64,000 bases of DNA from Candidatus Helarchaeota archaeon (lineage in GTDB: Archaea > Asgardarchaeota > Lokiarchaeia > Helarchaeales > RDOG01): assembly GCA_019058315.1 (NCBI GenBank), contig JAHPZH010000004.1, positions 192,001 to 256,000 on the forward strand. Reading direction: 5' to 3'. The position numbers and the translations under genes were made by a program. The notes under the pieces were generated by a model. The model saw only the letters and a program-made list of their open reading frames with translations, did not search any database and was not told where the DNA came from. Shown here one piece after another: positions 45,101 to 49,320 of this stretch. Position 1 is the first letter of the stretch. Every line of letters begins with the position of its first letter.

Positions 45101-47464
45101 AGATGTATTCAATTTATCAACAGGACTATCGATGATGACTGTTGGATTTGTATTATCTGAGCTTACATTCCAATAAATAATTTCAGATCGACTTTTATAA
45201 CCTAACTTTGAAGAAGTAATGTTAATTTCATAAATATTATCTAAAGTAAAATCCGAATAGTTAAGTTGGATATAATACGTCTCATTGGTTGCATGCCATA
45301 GGAAATTTCCATCTTGACCTGTCATATTACTATTATAAGTTACATTTGCATTTGTAATATTAAGACCAGTTTTCAAATCGATATATTGTACTATTATAGT
45401 GAGATTAAATGGCTCAAAATTACTCGTTATTGTAGTGCTAGGTTCCAATCGAATTAAACTTGTATTATAAATCAGTGAAAAAGTATTATTTATAGACGCA
45501 TTGTTATACCATGCTTTAGAAGCATTAATTACAACTTTATATGAACCATTTACAAAGTTATTTGTGGATAATGTATAATTATAATATCCGGAACTTAGAC
45601 TTTCCGTGAGGTTATCTTGCAAGACAAGAGATGAATCAGTCTCATTAAATATTTGAATTGTAAGGTTTGCTTCTGTTATTGGTGAATTAGTATGAGTATC
45701 ATTGTAAAACACAGTGACATTCAAATCGACTCCAATTAAATGGACGCCACTAACCTCACCTAAGTCATCAAAGCTTAGATTTGTGGAATTAACTACAAAT
45801 AAGTAAGTTTGATTTATTGCTGAATAAGATTCATTAGTCCAAATAATTTGAACAGTATAATTTCCTGTCTCTGTTGAAGCAGGAACGGTTACATTGAATA
45901 AAACGAAATCTACGAGTGTAGAACTATTAATTGTTGTCCAATCGGAAGTAACATCGTCATTAGTAGTATTATATATTGATAAATTCATTATACCATTAGA
46001 AAATCCACTAACAGAAGTATTTATTTGTATATTTTCTCCATGAATATAAGCTCGAGAATTATATGATGATGTAACTGCAGATTGGTTTAAAGATATTAAT
46101 ATTGTTTGTGTTGGACTCCTAAAAGTAAATTTCCAGAGACCTTCGGTTAAAATATCGTTGGTGTTATTTGATAAATATACAATGTTGTTCTGTTCAATTA
46201 TACCATTGGTAACATTTACATCTGAAGAATTTAATGCTAAAATCATATTCCAACTTGATAATGGTTTGGAAAGGGTAACCGAAAAATTACTTAAAGACTC
46301 TCCATATGAAGCTGTTGGAGCGGATACTGAAAAATTAGTTTTCCAATAACTCCACAACTCTCCAAGAGAAATATTATGTTTTATATTAGTAGTTTGTGTC
46401 AAATTAACATTTATAGATGTCCATGTCAGATTACATGAAAAACTAGAATTTGTGGATATTGTTATTGATTTGTTTTCTCCGTCATTATCTGCAAAATTGA
46501 AATTATAGGTAGTACTATTAACATCATGAACGGTACTATCTATCGTCATGTTCATATCGATATCTTCTGGGTTCATATTTGTAAGAGTGTTATTCGAAGA
46601 ATCGATATAAACTGTTTTTAGTTTTAATGACATATCTTGTGTATTTATTTGACTCCAGACTCCAACATACTGATATAGATAACCCTCATCAACGTTATCT
46701 CCTCCATTAAAAGTTGTATCCCAATTATAAAACCAATGAACACCAGTGGTTCCTGGGATACTATCTACTAAATTAGTTGCGTTAATCACAAAATAATAAA
46801 ATCCTGCTGTCAAATTAACGTTAATATTACTAAACACATTCCATGTAGTAGTTCCAAATTGGCCAGTCCTCGAACTATTCCATAATAGTGCTTGTGGTGC
46901 ATTTCCAACTCCTGTAGAATTCCAAATCTCAATGTCATAATATCCTGAAAAAAGTATCAGGTAACCATATAAGCTAATATCAGTGATTCTAGAATCTCTC
47001 GAGAGGATAAAAGACATTGCGTAAGGAGAAGAACTACTACTAAGAATATATTTAAGAGTACTAAAATTTTGTTCAACATCCCTCCAAGTAGATTCTGCAG
47101 AAATATTCTGTATATTAATTTCATAATTGGTACGGTTATAGTCTGTGGGAACAGTTACATCGAATTGACGTTCATTGTCACCAGCTGGAGATTCAGGACC
47201 TGTTGCGTTTATTACATTACTTACTAACCAATTTAAATAAGTTTTATTTGAATAACTTGTCTGTGTGACATTTAGACCATTTCGTGTACCATTTGCATAA
47301 TCCTTAGTAATCTCATTAAAGGTTTTTGATTTAAAATTTAATTTTTCCAATAAATTCAATGGAATTGGAGATTCTGAGTTATATTGATTATAATTTAAAA
47401 TCGCCAAATAAGGTGAAGTTAGTATGATAATAAAAATAATGATTTTAATAGGAATTTTTCGCAA
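27119..47464 (-). CDS. Giant single-pass cell-surface glycoprotein (6781 aa), paralog of 20904..25598, with about 59 Ig-like repeats and a helical cytoplasmic tail
   Basis: Uninterrupted 20.3-kb ORF; signal peptide; shared head (KYILSSSSSPYAMSF..SRDSRITDIS); TM LILILIVFASIAVGLFAIILGIA followed by RRK; about 88-aa tail. Confidence 0.93.
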   Translation of the reverse strand: MRKIPIKIIIFIIILTSPYLAILNYNQYNSESPIPLNLLEKLNFKSKTFNEITKDYANGTRNGLNVTQTSYSNKTYLNWLVSNVINATGPESPAGDNERQFDVTVPTDYNRTNYEINIQNISAESTWRDVEQNFSTLKYILSSSSSPYAMSFILSRDSRITDISLYGYLILFSGYYDIEIWNSTGVGNAPQALLWNSSRTGQFGTTTWNVFSNINVNLTAGFYYFVINATNLVDSIPGTTGVHWFYNWDTTFNGGDNVDEGYLYQYVGVWSQINTQDMSLKLKTVYIDSSNNTLTNMNPEDIDMNMTIDSTVHDVNSTTYNFNFADNDGENKSITISTNSSFSCNLTWTSINVNLTQTTNIKHNISLGELWSYWKTNFSVSAPTASYGESLSNFSVTLSKPLSSWNMILALNSSDVNVTNGIIEQNNIVYLSNNTNDILTEGLWKFTFRSPTQTILISLNQSAVTSSYNSRAYIHGENIQINTSVSGFSNGIMNLSIYNTTNDDVTSDWTTINSSTLVDFVLFNVTVPASTETGNYTVQIIWTNESYSAINQTYLFVVNSTNLSFDDLGEVSGVHLIGVDLNVTVFYNDTHTNSPITEANLTIQIFNETDSSLVLQDNLTESLSSGYYNYTLSTNNFVNGSYKVVINASKAWYNNASINNTFSLIYNTSLIRLEPSTTITSNFEPFNLTIIVQYIDLKTGLNITNANVTYNSNMTGQDGNFLWHATNETYYIQLNYSDFTLDNIYEINITSSKLGYKSRSEIIYWNVSSDNTNPTVIIDSPVDKLNTSAASVQVNWTSSYDSESGIKVYEVIRNGSIQYTGTSTVQNINLVEGWNNITVVAQDYARNNGSFMIWVIMDSINPTITVTDPASNGSIDTGVIISISGFANGTGTEITSIQINNSNFNIFLDPSGSLSGNYEFRNSSYIADGYIAIKINITDSSGLTSSIIRWFYIDNTPPTISITDPASDGDIDTGAIISVSGNADGTGSNIVSVMINDSRFTIFTDPSGTPSGAYEFRNNTFIPDGNVAILVNVTDTAGLTTSATRWFDIDNTLPSLTITDPASNGDIDTGAIISISGNADGTGSNIVSVMINDSRFTIFTDPSGSPSGAYEFRNNTYIPDGNVAIQVNVTDQASLTTTASRWFDIDNTDPTITITDPASDGDIDTGVIISISGNADGTGSNILSVMINDSRFTIFTDPSGSPSGAYEFRNNTFIPDGNIAVLVNVTDSAGLTTSTTRWFDIDNTYPTITITDPASDGDIDTGTIISISGNADGTGSNIVSVMINDSRFTIFTDPSGSPSGAYEFRNNTFIPDGNIGVLVNVTDSAGLTTLTTRWFDIDNTYPTISITDPASDGDIDTGAIISISGNADGTGSNIVSVMINDSRFTIFTDPSGSPSGAYEFRNNTFIPDGNIGILVNVTDSASLTASTTRWFDIDNTYPTISITDPASDGDIDTGVIISISGNADGTGSNIVSVMINDSRFTIFTDPSGSPSGAYEFRNNTFIPDGNIGILVNVTDSASLTASTTRWFDIDNTYPTISITDPASDGDIDTGVIISISGNADGTGSNIVSVMINDSRFTIFTDPSGSPSGAYEFRNNTFIPDGNIAILVNVTDSASLTTSTTRWFDIDNTYPTISITDPASDGDIDTGTTISIGGNVDGTGSNIVSVMINDSRFTIFTDPSGTPSGAYEFRNNTFIPDGNVAILVNVTDSASLTTSATRWFDIDNTYPTITITDPASDGDIDTGTIISISGNADGTGSNIVSVLINDSRFTIFTDPSGSPSGAYEFRNNTFIPDGNIGILVNVTDSASLTTSTTRWFDIDNTDPTISITDPASDGDIDTGTIISIGGNVDGTGSNIVSVMINDSRFTIFIDPSGTPSGVYEFRNNTFIPDGNVAVLVNVTDSASLTTSTTRWFDIDNTYPTISITDPASDGDIDTGTIISISGNADGTGSNIASVMINDSRFTIFTDPSGTPSGAYEFRNNTFIPDGNIAILVNVTDSAGLTTSATRWFDIDNTNPTITITDPASDGDIDTGVIISISGNADGTGSNIVSVMINDSRFTIFTDPSGSPSGAYEFRNNTFIPDGNVAVLVNVTDSASLTTSTTRWFDIDNTYPTISITDPASDGDIDTGTIISISGNTDGTGSNIASVMINDSRFTIFTDPSGTPSGAYEFRNNTLILDGNIAILVNVTDSAGLTTSATRWFDIDNTNPTITITDPASDGDVDTGVIISISGNADGTGSNIVSVMINDSRFTIFTDPSGSPSGAYEFRNNTFIPDGNIGILVNVTDSASLTTSTTRWFDIDNTDPTISITDPASDGDIDTGTIISIGGNADGTGSNIASVMINESRFTIFTDPSGSPSGAYEFRNNTFIPDGNIAVLVNVTDSAGLTTSTTRWFDIDNIYPTISITDPTSDGDIDTGAIISISGNADGTGSNIVSVMINDSRFTIFTDPSGSPSGAYEFRNNTFIPDGNIGILVNVTDSAAQTTSTTRWFDIDNTDPTITITDPASDGDIDTGAIISISGNADGTGSNIVSVMINDSRFTIFTDPSGSPSGAYEFRNNTFISDGNIGVLVNITDSAGLITSTTRWFDVDNIYPTISIIDPTSDGDVDTGAIISISGNADGTGSNIVSVMINDSRFTIFTDPSGTPSGAYEFRNNTFIPDGNIAILVNVTDSASQTTSATRWFDIDNTYPTISITDPASDGDIDTGIIISVSGNADGTGTNIVSVMINDSRFTIFTDPSGTPSGAYEFRNNTFLADGNIGILVNITDSAGLTTSTTRWFDIDNTYPTISITDPTADGVTDTGTIISISGNVDGTGSNIISVMINDSRFTIFTDPSGTPSGAYEFRNNTFIADGNIGVLVNVTDSAGLTTSATRWFDIDNTYPTISITDPTSDGDIDTGVIISISGNADGTGSNIASVMINDSRFTIFTNPSGTPSGAYEFRNNTFLADGNIGVLVNVTDSAGLTTSTTRWFDIDNTYPTISIIDPASNGDIDTGAIISVSGNSDGTGSNIASVMINDSRFTIFTDPSGSPSGAYEFRNNTFIPDGNIGVLVNVTDSAGLTTSTTRWFDIDNTLPTISITDPASDGDIDTGVIISISGNADGTGSNIASVMINDSRFTIFTDPSGTPSGAYEFRNNTFIPDGNIGVLVNVTDSAGLTTSTTRWFDIDNTLPTISITDPASDGDIDTGVIISISGNADGTGSNIASVMINDSRFTIFTDPSGSPSGAYEFRNNTFIPDGNIGVLVNVTDSAGLTTSATRWFDIDNTLPTISITDPASDGDIDTGVIISISGNADGTGSNIVSVMINDSRFTIFTDPSGSPSGAYEFRNNSYIPDGNIGVLVNVTDSASLTASTTRWFDIDNTYPTISITDPASDGDIDTGAIISISGNADGTGSNIVSVMINDSRFTIFTDPSGTPSGAYEFRNNTFIPDGNIGVLVNVTDSAGLTTSTSRWFDIDNTYPTISIIDPASDGDIDTGNIISISGNADGTGSNIVSVLINDSRFTIFTDPSGTPSGAYEFRNNTYLADGNVGILVNVTDSAGLTTSNTRWFDIDNTYPTISITDPASDGDIDNGAIISVGGNADGTGSNIASVMINDTRFTIFTDPSGTPSGAYEFRNNTFIPDGNIGVLVNVTDSAGLTTSTTRWFDIDNTYPTITITDPASDGDIDTGAIIFISGNADGTGSNIISVMINDSRFTIFTDPSGSPSGAYEFRNNTFIPDGNVAVLVNVTDSASLTTSTTRWFDVDNTYPTISITDPVSDGDVDTGAIISISGNADGTGSNIVSVMINDSRFTILTDPSGSPSGAYEFRNNTYLADGNIGVLVNVTDTAGLTTSTTRWFDIDNTYPTISIADPASNGDLDTGAIIWINGTADGTGSDISSVMINDSRFTIFTDPSGSPSGNYAFNNNTLITDGTIAIEVNVTDSAYLTTSAIRWFILDNTNPTIVITHPFPNGTTDTGGSVTVDGWVDGTGTNIFSVQINDSRFTLTTNPVGSSSGPFTFSNNSFITLGNVAVKVNVTDSVGLTGSIARWFTYIIGPSVTVDHPSPDSAIDTGIDITINGTADGGGTNIDQVWINDSRFILTVNPSGSPSGVYGFQNISFIPDGRVAITITLNNSGGLSDYRIRWFIIDNTYPTISITDPTSDGDIDTGATISISGFVNGTGSNIQSVMINDSRFTIAVDPSGSASGIYTFNNNSYIPDGNIAVEVNITDTANLTVSTTRWFDIDNTYPTISITVPASNGDLVTGTDIWINGTVDGTGSNITSVMINDSRFTLIIDPSGSPSGNYAFNNNSYVADGIISIEVNITDSASLTSAAIRWLNLDNTNPSILINDPASNGDVDTGTIIWINGTVDGTGSNIVSVLINDSRFTIFTDPSGSPSGSFAFNNNSYITEGNIAIEVNVTDSASLTSSATRWFDVDNIYPTITINDPASDGDIDTGAIIWINGTVDGTGSNIISVLINDSRFTIFIDPSGSPSGSYAFNNNSYIPDGNIGIKVNITDSAGLTTPTTRWFDIDNTYPTITITDPASDGDVDTGAIISISGNADGTGSNIVSVMINDSRFTIFTDPSGTPSGAYEFRNNTFIPDGNIAIMVNVTDTASLTTSTTRWADIDNTYPTISITDPSSDGDIDTGAIISVSGNADGTGSNIASVMINDSRFTIFTDPSGTPSGAYEFRNNTFIPDGNIGILVNVTDSAGLTTSTTRWFDIDNTYPTISITDPASDGDIDTGTIISISGNADGTGSNIVSVMINDSRFTIFTDPSGSPSGAYEFRNNTFIPDGNIGILVNVTDSAGLTTSTTRWFDIDNTYPTISITDPASDGDIDTGTIISISGNADGTGSNIVSVMINDSRFTIFTDPSGSPSGAYEFRNNTFIPDGNIGILVNVTDSAGLTTSTTRWFDVDNTLPTITITDPASNGDIDTGAIISISGNADGTGSNIVSVMINDSRFTIFTDPSGSPSGAYEFRNNTFIPDGNIGILVNVTDSAGLTTSTTRWFDVDNTLPTITITDPASNGDIDTGAIISISGNADGTGSNIVSVMINDSRFTIFTDPSGSPSGAYEFRNNTFIPDGNIGILVNVTDSAGLTTSTTRWFDIDNTLPTITITDPVSDGDVDVGAIISVSGNADGTGSNIASVMINDSRFTIFTDPSGTPSGAYQFRNNTFIPDGNIGVLVNVTDSAGLTTSTTRWFDIDNTYPTISIIDPASDGDIDTGTIISISGNADGTGSNIASVMINDSRFTIFTDPSGTPSGAYEFRNNSFIPDGNIAILVNVTDSASLTTSAIRWFDIDNTYPTISITDPASDGAVDSGAIVSVSGNADGTGSNILSVMINDSRFTIFTDPSGTPSGAYEFRNNTFIPDGNIGVLVNVTDSAGLTTSTTRWFNIDNTYPTITITDPASNGDVDSGAIISISGNADGTGSNIISVMINDSRFTIFTDPSGSLSGPYEFRNNTYIPDGNVAIEVNVTNSAPLTISITRWFDIDNTYPTISITDPASDGVIDTGIIISVSGNANGTGSNIVSVMINDTRFTIFTDPSGTPSGAYEFRNNTFIPDGNIGVLVNVTDSAGLTVSTTRWFDIDNTYPTISITDPASDGDIDTGTIISISGNVNGTGTNIVSVMINDSRFTIFINPSGTPSGAYQFRNNTLIPDGNIAILVNVTDSAGLTTSTTRWFDIDNTNPTITITDPTSDGDIDTGAIISVSGNTDGTGSNIVSVMINDSRFTIFTDPSGTPSGAYEFRNNTFLADGNIGVLVNVTDTAGLTTSTTRWFDIDNTDPTISITDPTSDGDMDTGAIIWINGTTDGTGSNILSVMINDSRFTIFIDPSGSPSGSYAFNNNSYIPDGNIAVEVNVTDSANLTDFATRWFDIDNTYPMISIADPASDGDVDTGVDIWVNGTADGTGSNILSLMINDSRFTIVVDPTGSPSGNYAFNNNTYIPDGIISITVNVTDTASLTTSLSRWFNLDNTNPTIAITNPFPNGTTDSGSSVTIEGTVDGTGSNILSVQINDSRFILTTDPAGTASGPYIFTNNSFINLGTVSVEANVTDSANLTNSIIWWFTYIIGPSVTIDHPTANSDIDTGTNITINGTADGGGVNIDTIWINDSRFILTIDPSGTGFGNYGFENNSFIPDGIIAVNVTLNNTGGLIDSMVRWFIIDNTLPTISIINPAANGLVVTGNTILVSGWVDGTGSNIQSVMINDSRFNLVGDPTGSPSGFYTFTNNSYVSDGVISIEVNITDSANLTISTTRWFRVDNSPPNISITDPISNGQIDSGNTITITGFANGTASNIISVMINDSRFTLFINPAGSISGVFEFRNNTFVTDGLISVLVNVTDSIGLTTTNNRWFYIDNTAPTVIITDPASNGDFDTGNIISVSGNVDGTGSNITSVLINDSRFTIFTDPSGTPSGAYEFRNNTIIVDGIISILVNVTDSTGLNTLTTRWFYIDNINPTIQITTPMFNDTIQVGNNYQIEGFVNGTGSLISTVTINNTNFTLSVDPSGNNWGNFRFINSSYLPNGLIALRISVNDSVGLRKNLTITFTVLQNSNNTPQGLIAGQENIVYLTDSKGNIVCELRIFVSIDTNINMSYYTSNPTGTSLPDFLGIFGFTLQNPTALLNATMKLYYNESALNISETDLRIFYFNITKWIELNATLNTTGNYLEWFTTNLSYYAIAPITAAEGILFLPPLVGAGDNLILILIVFASIAVGLFAIILGIARRKPKKVVKRTPDVGRTVVPIHDVEDEVLKDFFKQEFTMLSKEEIIRIMNLDIPNESEKLDILEELAGLDPKKRKEILDTLEKIDDNF
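27905..44893 (-). repeat. About 59 tandem ~288-bp (96-aa) Ig-like coding repeats
   Basis: Span of about 17.0 kb divided by 288 bp. Same unit as in the short paralog, with several variant units. Confidence 0.93.
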
Positions 47465-47636
47465 AATTCATCCGACCTAAAAAGTAAATTATATCAAGTT
47501 ATATTACATCATTGAATTTAAATTATAAAACAAGAAAAATATAAAAATATTTATTTAATATTGAAAATCTAATATATCAAAATTAAGTAATTTTTAAAAA
47601 TAAGAAACAATAAATAAATTTTAAGAAATTAAAGAG

Positions 47637-49010
47637 TTATTTAAGAGCTTCTCTCAAACTAGCTAATTCTTTGAGATTTCTCATCCTCTCAACTTCTTCT
47701 AAATATTGCTTAGCTTCTGTCATTTCACCAATTTCTACAGATAGCTTTGAAGCTTGATCAAACAACATTGCAGCTTCATCGTATTTTCCACCAATTTCCA
47801 TTGTTTTTGCTTTATTAATAATCTCATTTCGTTCTTGTCTTAATCGTGGAATTCGTGAACGCATTTCCTGTGCGGTTTGACTAAAGAGCTGGGCACGTTC
47901 TGCAAATTCTTGAGCGACTATATTTTCGTATAATTGAGTAGAAAGTCCCGAAATACTAGATAATAATTGTGCAGCAGTACCAAAATCATCTCTTTTTACT
48001 GAATCATCCAGTTGAGAAAAAAGAATCTTCCTTTCTTCACGTATCCTTTTCCTGTTTTCAATTTCTGCACTAAGTTGCTCCGTTAGCTTTTTTTTAGGGA
48101 ATTGCTGAATTCTATCTAGAAAAGTTTTTCTACTATCTTCCGTAGAAACTAATAAATCTTCCAAAATTAAATTTTTATTTTCATTAGATAATGTCTTAAT
48201 TTCTGACATTTGATCCCATAGCATTCTACGTTCTGCGGATTGAGCTACTTGTTCTATATCTATAGCTATAAATAATCCTTTGTCATTTAGACCAAAAATT
48301 GCCTTTACAATCTTATCTCGGGGCATTTTTGTTTTTTTAATAACTTCCTCAATGAGTCTAGCTGTAAAAAAGAAACCTCTTTCTTTAGAAAGGTCTTTCG
48401 CGACTTTCATTATTGAATTTTCTGCTGAATTAAGTTTTGCCTGTTTTATAATTTCAGGATCCATTGGTAAAATTATGGGCTTAATTAAAAACAAATTGAA
48501 GTGTGTATCAACCAAATCTTTGGCTGGAGCAAAATCACTTACTTTTCCCGAGAACTCATCAATATATCGTTTAAATTTTCTATTAAAATCTTCTGCAAAT
48601 GTAGTAAGAGATTGCTTGATAGGATCGGAAGGATCGGATTCAAGCATTACTGCGACCATTACATCTTCCGTATCTGCAATACAGATTTGGAATTGTTCCA
48701 TTGGATATGTATAAAGTACACAAGTGGTTCCTGCCATTTCTTCGGTTATATCGGCACTTTTTGGTTTTTTCTTCTCGTCTTTCTTCTTTTTCTTTTCGTC
48801 TTCTCTTCTTTCCTTTTCTTCTTCCTTTTTCCTCTTCTCGTCTTCCTTTTTTCTTAATTTTTCTTCTTTTTTATTGTCTTTCTTTTTATCGACTTTCTCT
48901 TTTTTATCCTCTTTTTTGTCGTCTTTTTTGTCATCTTTTTTTTTCTTGTCTTCTGGAATCGTGGGTTTTTGGAAAGGTATAAACCTTGGAGTTCTTCGGG
49001 GTCGTGCCAT
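47637..49010 (-). CDS. Cytoplasmic multidomain protein: R/P leader, K/E/D linker, C-half longin-like, winged helix, helical motif, TPR-like C-terminus
   Basis: MARPRRTPRFIPFQKPTIPEDKKK; FQICIADTEDVMVAVMLESDPS...L..FAEDF..KF...F.GKVSDF; GKYDEAAMLFDQASKLSVEIG. SD AGGAG. Confidence 0.8.
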   Translation of the reverse strand: MARPRRTPRFIPFQKPTIPEDKKKKDDKKDDKKEDKKEKVDKKKDNKKEEKLRKKEDEKRKKEEEKERREDEKKKKKDEKKKPKSADITEEMAGTTCVLYTYPMEQFQICIADTEDVMVAVMLESDPSDPIKQSLTTFAEDFNRKFKRYIDEFSGKVSDFAPAKDLVDTHFNLFLIKPIILPMDPEIIKQAKLNSAENSIMKVAKDLSKERGFFFTARLIEEVIKKTKMPRDKIVKAIFGLNDKGLFIAIDIEQVAQSAERRMLWDQMSEIKTLSNENKNLILEDLLVSTEDSRKTFLDRIQQFPKKKLTEQLSAEIENRKRIREERKILFSQLDDSVKRDDFGTAAQLLSSISGLSTQLYENIVAQEFAERAQLFSQTAQEMRSRIPRLRQERNEIINKAKTMEIGGKYDEAAMLFDQASKLSVEIGEMTEAKQYLEEVERMRNLKELASLREALK

Positions 49011-49320
49011 TATTTCTCCTCATTTAAGTTTTTATTCAAAAATTTGGGTTGAAATTTCTAAAAGACACGTAAAATATTCTTTTTTACATTTACACATTTT
49101 ATTTATTTAAATATTTAGTTATAAACATTTAGTAAATTTTAATATTATATTGTTCATTTCATTTTGTAAATAAAAATGCAATTATCTTTTTATTATATTT
49201 TTTTTCAAATTGTTAATCATAAAATATTTACTTTATTAATGATTTCAAATACTTAGTTAATTAAAGAAATTATATTTATGGGATTAATAGATTTAATATT
49301 AATTTATTTTAGTGATTACT

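Noticed and set aside
20904-49010. Intein-mediated trans-splicing or a DNA-inversion shufflon joining the split halves
   Set aside because: No intein motifs (N-terminal C/S, C-terminal HN) at the fragment ends, no recombinase, all genes co-oriented, and no flanking inverted repeats noticed.
48280-49110. F/S/L-rich plus-strand ORFs resembling membrane proteins (also 26831..27022)
   Set aside because: Antisense of the K/E/D low-complexity linkers.
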